From a bacterium (GTDB taxonomy: Bacteria > UBA8248): DNA of 64,000 bases. Positions 1 through 8,645 of this stretch are shown here, in pieces. The DNA lies in the NCBI GenBank assembly GCA_965261085.1, contig OZ253442.1, forward strand, positions 3,040,001 to 3,104,000, given 5' to 3'. The stretch's first letter is position 1. Each line of letters begins with the position of its first letter. Under the pieces are notes generated by a model. It saw only the letters and a program-made list of their open reading frames with translations. It did not search any database and was not told where the DNA came from. A program made the position numbers and the translations under genes.

Positions 1-241
1 GACCGCTATAGTTCCTTTAGAAATTCATGAGACAAAAATCGGTTTTCTCATCTTGGGATCAAAAGACCCCGAGCGATATCAAGAAGGGATGGCGACCCAC
101 CTCCTCAGGCGTCTCGCAATGCGTTTGGCCTTGGGGATTTCCATCTTTCAACGATTCAACAATCGGGAAACAGCAAAAACGAGTTCTTGAAGTAGCAAAG
201 GGCTCATTTTGCGATGAACCTTCTTTTCCCCTAATAAATCA

Positions 242-1633
242 TCAAGCTGGCACTCGCTCCGCTTTGGAAACAAGTTCCATTACTTCAGAGATACTGCTCA
301 AATTTTCTAAGCTCCTCACCCGCTCAATGAGCAAATTCCCTGTTTCCTTTTCGAACACCGGGGCCGTCATGACATAGAATCGTTCGATCAACTCATCCCA
401 CGTCAGCGGATTGCGCGAATCTCCTTTGGGATAATCCTGATGCGCTTCAAAAACGCCGCGATCAGTCTCGATTTTAACATGCGCTTGCCATTTATCCGGA
501 AATTCCTTCTCCATTTCAGCATCACCGTAACATTCGATCTTTTTGATGATGGAGGAATGTACTTGAGAACGGAGAAAGTCATCGGCATATTCATCAAGCC
601 CTGCGGCGCGTCTGAGAATCGCTACAGCCACGGCATATTGAAGGCTGAACTGCGCATCAACAATGTTTTGCGGATTCGTTTTCATATCATAGGGTTCGAT
701 GACCACCATCACACTCGTCTCTGGAACCCGGACTTCCACTCGTGTAATTTCCTCAGGCTGAATATCATGCGCTTTGCAAACTTCAATTGTGGCGTCAATT
801 GAAGCGTGGTTATAACGACAACAAGCGTAAGGTTTTATGGCGCTCTCGCAGATTTCCCAATACTCGCCAAAATGCTCCACAACATACTCAGGCGTATAGT
901 TATCACTATGGCCGTGCAAAAATCCCGTTTTCCCACCCAAAATATCTTCCGGTCCCGTATAACTTTCTTGAGCCAAATAGGCGGCGATGATACCGCTATG
1001 CGCCGCCCATCCCGGGTGAAACCTCTTCGTCCAAGCACCGTTATCGAGGTACTGCATCGAACCCGCCGCCTGGCTGCCCGAGATACCCATCGCATTGGCG
1101 GTGGCCTCGACAGATAACCCCAAAAGTTTCGATGCCGTGATTGCGGAGGCGAAAGTGCCACATGTGCCCGTAGGATGGAATCCGCGCTCATAGTGGCTTG
1201 TTGGGTTCACGGCGTTTCCAATACGATTGGTCACTTCATAACCTGCTACGATAGCTGCGATTACTCGCTTCGGATCGGGTTGATGCGCCTCGGCAACGGC
1301 TAACGTGCTGGGCATGACGCTGACTGCGGGATGCAGACTCGAGCGCGTAGTCACATCATCCATTTCCGTAGCGTGGCTCACGCCGCCATTCACCAGCGCA
1401 GCATGAGGAGCATCCGTCTTGATATCCGAGCCAATGATGGTGCATTGACCATCACGAGGAGCGCGCTTTTGGGCGAAATTATGAAACACCCGGGAACTGG
1501 CCGCTTCCACCGCTCTCAATGTAACGCCAAGATGATCAAGTAAGAAATACTTTGCGCGGTCTCTGGCCTCATCAGGCAGAGAATCGTAGGTAATGGCGTG
1601 AACGTGCTCCACAAGCATCCGGCTGATATTCAT
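242..1633 (-). CDS. MmgE/PrpD family protein
   Basis: Motifs HATEMDD..HP, GFHPTG, KRFHPGWAA, KPYACCRYNH, DAQFS, PKGD.RNPL. Start moved to ATG 1633 behind GGAAGGAG RBS. Confidence 0.9.
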   Translation of the reverse strand: MNISRMLVEHVHAITYDSLPDEARDRAKYFLLDHLGVTLRAVEAASSRVFHNFAQKRAPRDGQCTIIGSDIKTDAPHAALVNGGVSHATEMDDVTTRSSLHPAVSVMPSTLAVAEAHQPDPKRVIAAIVAGYEVTNRIGNAVNPTSHYERGFHPTGTCGTFASAITASKLLGLSVEATANAMGISGSQAAGSMQYLDNGAWTKRFHPGWAAHSGIIAAYLAQESYTGPEDILGGKTGFLHGHSDNYTPEYVVEHFGEYWEICESAIKPYACCRYNHASIDATIEVCKAHDIQPEEITRVEVRVPETSVMVVIEPYDMKTNPQNIVDAQFSLQYAVAVAILRRAAGLDEYADDFLRSQVHSSIIKKIECYGDAEMEKEFPDKWQAHVKIETDRGVFEAHQDYPKGDSRNPLTWDELIERFYVMTAPVFEKETGNLLIERVRSLENLSSISEVMELVSKAERVPA

Positions 1634-1872
1634 TGGAACTTCTCCTTCCACTAGAAGCCAGTATGTGATTTTTCGATTAACGCCCTCGACTGCCAAGCAT
1701 TTTCACAACTTAGAAAATCATATTAGAACTCGCATATATCTTCCCTCAGCGCAAGAGTGGACCAACCGCCCAATGCTCTTGGGACACGGATGAGTTTGTC
1801 ATAAGGTATCGCTTGCGGATAGAATTCTCCAACTTTTTTGCGTCCTCATCATTTTGATTTTGGAGACATAAA

Positions 1873-2217
1873 ATGCAATCTTGCGTTTTTTGTAAAATCG
1901 TAGCAGGCGATATCCCCTGCAAAAAAGTTTATGAAGATGACGCATTATTTGCATTTGAAGACGTCAACCCTGCGGCTCCCACACATATTCTGATCATCCC
2001 GAAAAAACATATGGAGACGCTCCACGAAATACAGGATGCACACAAAGAATTGATTGGTTCCATATTCGTTGCGGCGAATGAAATCGCCCGCAAACAGGGA
2101 ATTGCTCAAGAGGGCTTCCGAATCGTCGCGAATTGCGGAGAAAACGGGGGGCAAACCGTTTTTCACATCCACTATCACCTCTTGGGCGGACGCCAGATGC
2201 AATGGCCGCCGGGCTAG
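1873..2217 (+). CDS. Histidine triad (HIT) nucleotide-binding protein
   Basis: CVFCKI N-terminus, GGQTVFHIHYHLLGGR..WPPG C-terminus; GGAG RBS. Confidence 0.95.
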   Translation: MQSCVFCKIVAGDIPCKKVYEDDALFAFEDVNPAAPTHILIIPKKHMETLHEIQDAHKELIGSIFVAANEIARKQGIAQEGFRIVANCGENGGQTVFHIHYHLLGGRQMQWPPG

Positions 2218-2335
2218 CAGACGCATCGTGAGTGAAATTGTTTACATGAACTGCACAGCCGAAATACTCGCCGAACTGGCCAAACAGGAAAGCGCCTTTC
2301 TCAAACTCGCCAGCAAATAGCTGCCCTCATAGAAC

Positions 2336-2983
2336 CTACATCACCCGGAATCGCCGCTGCATGGCGCGGCTCCACTTACTCGCGTGATCAGCATCGAACA
2401 AAATATCTGGATCCGCAGGCGCCGTATACCAATCTCCGCGCCTCATCTCGCTTTCTAATTGCCCAGCCCCCCAGCCGGCATAGCCAATCACGACAACAAT
2501 TTTCATGGGCCGTCTGCCTTGAACCATAGACTGAAGCACCACATCTACCGAACTGATCGCTACATTCTCACCCACTTCATGAGCGACATCGAGCTTATGC
2601 TCTCTCGTATGCAGCACGAAACCTGAATCGGGCGACACGGGTCCGCCGTAGTGAATATCCACCTGGCTCGTATCTCGAGGCGGTTTTATGTCGAAGCTCC
2701 TGAAAAGCTTGGCGAGCGGTATCTTCTGCACGACGCGGTTCACTATCAGCCCGAAAGCCCCTTTTTCGCTGTGTTTCACCAGCAAAATAACGCTCTTGCG
2801 GAACCGCCCGTCCGGCATGCCCGGACGCGCGACCAACAGTTTGCCCTCGTAATGGCCAAAGAGCGGTAAATAGGCCCCCTCCGGGTTCTTGTCCCCCTCC
2901 TGGGCGGATGCAGTTACGGTGACAAACAACACCATCGCAACGAGCAGGATTCGCTTCAATCTAGGCCACCCAGCCGCCGCCAT
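2336..2983 (-). CDS. YqgE/AlgH family protein with N-terminal signal-like peptide
   Basis: LLVA.PGMPD.RF.KSVIL, GAFGLIVNR, YGGPV, GYAGWGAGQLESE. True start may be TTG 2959. Confidence 0.9.
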   Translation of the reverse strand: MAAAGWPRLKRILLVAMVLFVTVTASAQEGDKNPEGAYLPLFGHYEGKLLVARPGMPDGRFRKSVILLVKHSEKGAFGLIVNRVVQKIPLAKLFRSFDIKPPRDTSQVDIHYGGPVSPDSGFVLHTREHKLDVAHEVGENVAISSVDVVLQSMVQGRRPMKIVVVIGYAGWGAGQLESEMRRGDWYTAPADPDILFDADHASKWSRAMQRRFRVM

Positions 2984-4022
2984 AGAGCACGTCGCCGGAG
3001 TAGAAAACAGCCGCCTGCCCTGGAGCCACGGCGCCTAAGTATTTGGGGTCATCGGGCCTGATCTCGACGCTTCCATCATCTTTGAGCGACACGGCGCAGA
3101 CGGCAGCGCGGCCCCGGTGCCTCACCTGCACTTCCAGTCGAGCAGACTGCGGGGGAATCGACCAGCGCACGTCCCGGGCGAAGAAAACCTCGCGAGCGAG
3201 GGATTCGCGTTCCCCCACCACGATGGTGGCCGAATCAGATTCGAGTTCCACCACGTAGCGCGGCGGGCCGCCCCCCAAATCGAGACCCCGTCTTTGCCCT
3301 ACCGTGAAGTTGGTCACGCCCCCGTGCCTGCCGAGCACGTTTCCCTCCAAATCCACGATGTCTCCGGGTCTGTCGATGCCGGGCTTCTCGGCCTGAAGGA
3401 AAGCGCGGTAATCATCCTTGGGCACGAAACAAATCTCCTGGCTTTCGGGTTTTTCCGCGGTGGCGAGGCCCAGTTTTCTGGCGTATTCCCTCGTTTGCTC
3501 TTTGGTGAACTCCCCCAGGGGGAAGGCGGTGCGCGCGAGTTGCTCCTGCGTCATGCCGAAGAGGAAATAGGTCTGGTCCTTTTCCCTGTCCAGGCTTCTC
3601 GCGACGCTCAGGCGGCCATCGACCTCCACCCGCCTGGCGTAATGGCCGGTGACGAGCAGTTCCGCGCCGAACGCCATCGCGCGCTCGGCCAGATAGTCGA
3701 ACTTCACCACCTGGTTGCACTTGACGCAGGGCACGGGCGTCCTGCCGTTCTCATATTCTGAGATAAAGTCGTCAATCACGCTCTGCTTGAAGGATTCGCG
3801 CACGTCCATCACGTAGAATGGAATGTCGAGCTGGGCCGCCACGGCGCGCGCATCGGCCAGGTCGCGCGGCGCGCAACAGCCCCGGTGGAAAGATTCCTGC
3901 TCGGGCCTGTCGGCGAGGCGAAGCCCCACGCCGATGGTCTCATAACCCTGCTCCACCATGAGAGCCGCGGCCACCGAACTATCCACCCCGCCGCTCATCG
4001 CCACCACCACGCGCTGCGCCAT
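2961..4022 (-). CDS. mnmA: tRNA 2-thiouridine(34) synthase
   Basis: VVAMSGGVDSS, TPVPCVKCNQ.VKF, TGHYAR, KDQTYFL, ESQEICF, TVGQRRGL, APGQAAVFY; start placed at ATG 4022. Confidence 0.95.
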   Translation of the reverse strand: MAQRVVVAMSGGVDSSVAAALMVEQGYETIGVGLRLADRPEQESFHRGCCAPRDLADARAVAAQLDIPFYVMDVRESFKQSVIDDFISEYENGRTPVPCVKCNQVVKFDYLAERAMAFGAELLVTGHYARRVEVDGRLSVARSLDREKDQTYFLFGMTQEQLARTAFPLGEFTKEQTREYARKLGLATAEKPESQEICFVPKDDYRAFLQAEKPGIDRPGDIVDLEGNVLGRHGGVTNFTVGQRRGLDLGGGPPRYVVELESDSATIVVGERESLAREVFFARDVRWSIPPQSARLEVQVRHRGRAAVCAVSLKDDGSVEIRPDDPKYLGAVAPGQAAVFYSGDVLYGGGWVA

Positions 4023-4181
4023 CACCGCCTCCAGAGGAGTCCATCCAAAGTCCGGGCACGTTATACACCACCCGCTTCGCTCAAGGCCACAGGGCGAGAG
4101 CAGCCAGGCCGCGAGCCGCCCGGACGAAACCACTGCGGGCAATTGCGGGGAAATGCGGGGGTTTGAAAGAAGTTTTTAATT

Positions 4182-4304
4182 CGATAAATTACGATAATTT
4201 TATAATGTTCTACTTTATTATATCCCGACAAATATATGAATTAAGATAGATTACATGGATAGTTCGATCCATAAACCTTTTCATGTATTTATCGTAATTT
4301 ATCG
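4182..4304. repeat. 16-bp perfect inverted repeat flanking an AT-rich tract
   Basis: CGATAAATTACGATAA (4182-4197) and TTATCGTAATTTATCG (4289-4304). Confidence 0.85.
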
Positions 4305-4439
4305 TATTTTTCACTAATTCAAAAGCCGGCGCTCTCATGGCGCACGGGGGAGATTTCATCGCCGTGGCGCCTTCGCCCATCTCGAAACACCTGCCAAAGA
4401 TTCGCCGACCCATCGCTTCACCTTTTTCGTACCACCGTC

Positions 4440-4732
4440 GGGGGTTTGAATACGCCACCCTGTCCGTCCGTATGAATGGGCTACCCGAAATTCGATTCCT
4501 CACCGGGTGCGCCCCTATGAAACGGCTACGAGGAATTTTAATACGCCACCCTGTTCGCCAGTATGAAACGGCTGCGAGGAATTTTAATACGCCACCCTGT
4601 TCGCCAGTATGAAAGCGGCTAGGAGGAATCTGAATTCTCGACCCGGTTCGCCCATATGAAAAGGCTACGTGAAATCCGATTCCTCACAGGGCCTGCCCGT
4701 ATGAGATTCCTCACAGGGTGTGCCCGTATGAA
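4440..4732. repeat. Degenerate ~45-47 bp tandem repeat array (about 6-7 units)
   Basis: TATGA(A) anchors at 4471, 4516, 4562, 4608, 4655, 4700, 4727; units at 4516 and 4562 differ by 1 nt. Confidence 0.9.
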
Positions 4733-4837
4733 ATTCTCGCGCATCCCCGGGCAGGCGGGATAGCGGCAAATGCGGGCAAATGCGTCACTCCTGCCGATTG
4801 ATTTCACCGGAATGACGACACGGCGTGCGAATTTGGT

Positions 4838-4920
4838 TGTAGGGACAGGTCGCTACCTGTCCGGCCCCCGCGCCTGTCCTGGCGATAGACAACCACGGGA
4901 GCGGACAACCACAAGGGGTC
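4838..4920. repeat. GTAG-type REP-like palindrome and degenerate partner
   Basis: GTAG-GGACAGGT-CGCT-ACCTGTCC hairpin, followed by GGACAACCACAAGGG. Confidence 0.55.
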
Positions 4921-4936
4921 AAACCCGACCATCGCC

Positions 4937-5719
4937 CTATCCCGCGGTATAGCCCCCGTCGGCATACAGAATGTGGCCGGTGTAGAAATCAGACGCCCGC
5001 GATGCGAGGAACAGGAGCGGCCCCGCCAGATCCTCAGGCTCGCCCAGCCGCCCCTTCGGGATTCGGGTGACGATACCCTCGCGCATCCTGACCGCCTCAG
5101 GCGCCTCGGTGAACATCCACTCGGCCAGGGGCGAGCGAAACACGGTCGGCCCAATCGCGTTGACGGTGATTCCCGTCGGGCCCAGTTCGCAGGCCAGCGC
5201 TTTGGTGATGCCGTCGACTGCCGCCTTGGAGGCGCAATAGGCGGTATAACCGGCGGGGTGGCCGAGCAGCCCGCGCGTCGAGGAAACGAGGATTATCTTG
5301 CCGCCGCCCTGCGCCTTCATCCGCCGCGTTGCGGCGCGCGCCAAAAGCCAGGTCTGCGTCACGTTGGCGTCCATGACTTCGGCGAACACCGCAGGCGCCA
5401 TCTCCTCTATCATCCCTACCCTGTTGATGCCCGACGCCACGACCAGAATGTCGAGTCGGCCATGAGCCTCTACGGCTTTTTCCACCATGGCGTCCACCAC
5501 CGCTTCGGAATCCGGGCGTGCGTTCACCGCAGCGACCGCGACCCCAAGGTCCCGGCACTCGCCCGCGACGGCGCCTAGCGCGTCCGAATTACCGGCGGCC
5601 AGCGTAAGGCTGCACCCGGCCTCGGCCAGGGTCCGCGCGGCGACCGCCCCGAAAGCGCCCGACGCGCCGGTGATCAGCGCAGAGCGTCCGCTCACATCGA
5701 AAAGTTCCGAGGGCTTCAT
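4937..5719 (-). CDS. SDR family oxidoreductase (gluconate 5-dehydrogenase-like)
   Basis: TGASGAFG, YCASK, VNAIGP, DGG motifs. Confidence 0.9.
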   Translation of the reverse strand: MKPSELFDVSGRSALITGASGAFGAVAARTLAEAGCSLTLAAGNSDALGAVAGECRDLGVAVAAVNARPDSEAVVDAMVEKAVEAHGRLDILVVASGINRVGMIEEMAPAVFAEVMDANVTQTWLLARAATRRMKAQGGGKIILVSSTRGLLGHPAGYTAYCASKAAVDGITKALACELGPTGITVNAIGPTVFRSPLAEWMFTEAPEAVRMREGIVTRIPKGRLGEPEDLAGPLLFLASRASDFYTGHILYADGGYTAG

Positions 5720-5787
5720 ATCGTGCCGTCCGAAGAGGGGTTCACGACCGGCATTCCGCAGGCGTGAAATAAGGTTCAGTGCGGCCC

Positions 5788-5817
5788 ATGCTAAGTATCA
5801 AGCAGGTGTAGTGTCAA
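5788..5817 (-). promoter_or_regulatory. Putative sigma70 promoter for SDR gene
   Basis: Minus strand TTGACA-N18-TAGCAT. Confidence 0.5.
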
Positions 5818-5837
5818 GAATCTGGGGGGTAACGGTT

Positions 5838-5867
5838 TCGTAGGGGAGAACCTGCGTGTTCTCCCTG
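5838..5867 (+). repeat. GTAG REP, left member of an inverted pair
   Basis: TCGTAGGGGAGAACCTGCGTGTTCTCCCTG; 26/30 identical to the reverse complement of 8605-8634. Confidence 0.8.
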
Positions 5868-5992
5868 CACATTCATGCGAGCAAAGACAGAAACACCCCC
5901 CCCTTGAGGATCAGCCCCGACTGAGGAAGGAGGGGCTGCCGATTGAAGAATGAGGGATTGCCGGCAATGCGCTAGAACAAAAAATTCACTCC

Positions 5993-6132
5993 CCCCTTGA
6001 GGGGGAGTCGGCAAGGCAAGGACGGAGTCCGTAGCCGCGCCGGTGGGGGGAGCTTTTGAATTTAGGATCATACCCCCCACCGCATCAGCTTTCGCACAAA
6101 ACACTCGGCTTTTGCGACTCCCCCTCAAGGGG
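5993..6132. repeat. Palindromic intergenic repeat element
   Basis: 18-bp perfect IR CCCCTTGAGGGGGAGTCG / CGACTCCCCCTCAAGGGG, with inner IR CGGTGGGGGG (6041-6050) / CCCCCCACCG (6073-6082). Confidence 0.8.
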
Positions 6133-6149
6133 TCAACCCCGAACAAGGA

Positions 6150-6491
6150 GGGGTTGTTGAAAAACCCGGTTTCGGGAGCGGGCGCGTTCCTCTCGTCTTG
6201 CATGGCCACCGTATCGACCTCACCCTCATGCCTACCGTATCGACCTCACCCTGAGTAGCCGCTGAAGGCGGCGTATCGAAGGGCGCTCCCCTTCGACGCG
6301 CTCCCGATGCGCCCCGGCTCTCCCTCGATACGGCGCGCGAGCGCGCCTACTCGGGATGAGGGAGGAGTGTCGTCGCGGGTCAAACGTGAGTGATGAACGA
6401 GCGTTTGCCGACCGACGAGGGAGGTATTACGTGCAAGGGCGGCGAATGCGCCGCAGGCATTTTTCCCTTGAGAGACTTATTCAACAACCCC
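6150..6491. mobile_element. MITE-like element with IS5/IS1182-like terminal inverted repeats
   Basis: GGGGTTGTTGAAAAA (6150-6164) and TTATTCAACAACCCC (6477-6491), 14/15 match; no transposase inside. Confidence 0.6.
6244..6362. repeat. REP-like doublet nested in the MITE
   Basis: CCTCACCCTGAGTAG...CGTATCGAAGGG paired with CCCTCGATACG...CTACTCGGGATGAGG; a 19-bp direct repeat ACCGTATCGACCTCACCCT at 6208 and 6234. Confidence 0.7.
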
Positions 6492-6709
6492 AATGCGGGA
6501 GGGATTGTGTTTCGCCCGACGATTCCACCAGCATCAAACCGGCTACGAGTGATTCACTTATTCGATAGAGCCCGCCTCTATGAAAGCATGACGGTAAGGG
6601 AGGCGATGTCATCGGTCTCATCGAGCCGATGCTGTGGCGTGAAAAAGCGGTTACGGAATGTTATGCTCTCGGCGATAGACAAACACTAGCCGTAAAGGAA
6701 GAGATTGCC

Positions 6710-8099
6710 GTGGACAGCATAACGCTCAAGAATTTTCGCTGCTTTCGAGAGGAGCAAACCGCCCGCCTTGCGCCGCTCACCCTCCTCGTGGGTGAGAACA
6801 GCACCGGCAAGACTTCTTTCATGGCCATGATTCGCGCGCTTTGGGATGTCGCCTATCGGCACCGATTTCCCGATTTCAAGGAGGAGCCTTACGATCTCGG
6901 GAGTTTTGATGAGATAGCCCACTATCGTGGAACAAAAGGGGGTCGGGCCGGTAGCTTCGAAGCAGGATTCGAAACTACTCCCCAAATTACTCGAAAGAAA
7001 AAGCAACGAATAGACAAAAAAAAGTAATCTTATCACTTCAAAGTAATTTTTGAAAAAAAAAAGAGGTGCCCCTGCTCTGGGTAGAATATGTCTTACACAC
7101 GGGGATGTTTGGAGCGAAATCTATTGTAAAGATGAGTTTTGGGAGATGAGCTTCGGGACGCCAAGAGGTGCTTGGAGAATAACGGAGACCTTTCCCACTG
7201 GTTCAGATGCTTTTAATAGCCCTGCTTTGTTTTATTTCTTGTACCAACCAATGTTAAGAGGCCCAGAAAACCCAACAAGCGAAGTAGAGTCAATAGTATC
7301 AGAAGGTTCCGACAAACCTACCAGCGATGACTTGAAGATGATCAAGCAACTTAGAGAGGGCCTCTACGGAGCGAATTTTCATTATTTCATGGAACGTCTA
7401 TACGCTAGCGCACCAGTTCGCTCTAAGCCACGTAGGACTTACAACCCTTCGCGTCCGACGCCGGATCCCGAAGGCGACAACCTTCCTATGTATCTCGCCA
7501 GCTTGTCCCACCATAACCAATCCAAATGGAAGGAACTGAAGAACGAACTTGAGAAATTCGGGCAAAAAGCAGGCCTTTTCGATGAAATACATATCCGGCA
7601 TCTCGGAAAAAGGGACAGCGACAGTGAACCCTTCCAGGTGCAGGTGAGAAAGTCCGGCGACAGGACAAAAAGTCCAAAAGGCCCTCGACGCAACCTGATC
7701 GACGTGGGCTACGGCGTCAGTCAGGTGCTGCCCGTGATCACCGAATTGCTGCAAGAAGACGCATCGCCCATGTTCTTGTTGCAGCAGCCGGAAGTGCATC
7801 TGCACCCTAGAGCTCAAGCGGCTCTCGGCAGTCTGTTCTGTCAGGTCGCCGTCCCGGATCGCCGGTTGGTAGTCGAAACGCACAGCGACCACCTGCTCGA
7901 CCGGGTGCGGATGGACGTTCGTGACGGAAAAACAAAGCTAAAACCCGAGGACGTTTCCATTCTGTTCTTCGAGCGCGATGACTTGGACGTCCGCATTCAT
8001 TCAATCGGCCTCGATGAAGAGGGCAATATTCTGGGTGCGCCAGATAGCTACGGAAAATTTTTCATGGAAGAGACGCGACGGTCTCTATGGAAACGATAG
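6710..8099 (+). pseudogene. ABC/AAA ATPase (AAA_15/AAA_21-like), disrupted
   Basis: Walker A GENSTGKTS in the first ORF; VGYGVSQVLP, LLQQPEVHLHP and VETHS in the second. In-frame TAA at 7025-7027 plus a frame change at the A10 run 7053-7062. Confidence 0.85.
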
Positions 8100-8121
8100 C
8101 AAGGCTATAGGGACCTGATGA

Positions 8122-8595
8122 ATGTGCGCCATTGTTGACGCAAATGTAATGCATGAAGTGTTCGGCTCTAATCTACAGTCAGCGGGAGAGCAATTCTTCA
8201 ACTGGATTGAAAAAGGGACCAAGCGCCTTGTGGTCGGCGGAAAGTTGCGCGAGGAACTTGAATAGAGTTCCGAAGATTTCAGAAAATGGGCGAGGGTAGC
8301 CATTAGAACTGGAAAAATAAGAATCGTGAACACTAATGAAGTCGACGCCAAGACGAGAGAAATCGAAAATGAGGGCGGATACGTGTCAAATGACCCGCAC
8401 GTTCTCGCCTTAGCCCAGGTGAGCGGCGCGCGTTTGTTGTACTCCAACGATGGTGACTTGCAAGAGGATTTTGGAAACAAGAACCTGATCGATCGACCAA
8501 GAGGGAAAGTTTACTCAACACGCGAAAACAAGAATTTTCGCTCCGTTCACAGGCGGCTTCTCGCCAACAGTAATTTGTGTCGCCCCCAAGAATGA
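8122..8595 (+). pseudogene. PIN-domain protein with internal stop
   Basis: MCAIVDANV...ELE*(TAG 8263-8265)...NDPHVLALA...LYSNDGDL all in one frame. Confidence 0.75.
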
Positions 8596-8604
8596 TCACA
8601 CAAA

Positions 8605-8634
8605 CAGGGTGGACACGCAGGTCCGCCCCTACGA
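8605..8634 (-). repeat. GTAG REP, right member of an inverted pair
   Basis: Reverse complement TCGTAGGGGCGGACCTGCGTGTCCACCCTG. Confidence 0.8.
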
Positions 8635-8645
8635 GATCAAACCGG

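Noticed and set aside
4440-4732. CRISPR array
   Set aside because: Units are similar over their full length with no unique spacers, and there are no cas genes in the window.
4210-4807. Short ORFs over the repeat array
   Set aside because: Most unit lengths break the frame, translations resemble no family, and no clear RBS is present.
4881-6682. 12-bp match GGCGATAGACAA at 4881 and 6671 as a target-site duplication
   Set aside because: Short, and it does not coincide with the other element boundaries; may be chance.
7016-7062. Programmed frameshift or simple phase variation in the ATPase
   Set aside because: A single slip at either A tract does not restore the ORF; a stop remains in each frame between the tracts.
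8263-8265. Pyrrolysine or stop-codon recoding at the PIN TAG (and TAGs near 20.5-20.6 kb)
   Set aside because: TAG terminates many normal genes here, and the affected genes carry additional lesions consistent with decay.
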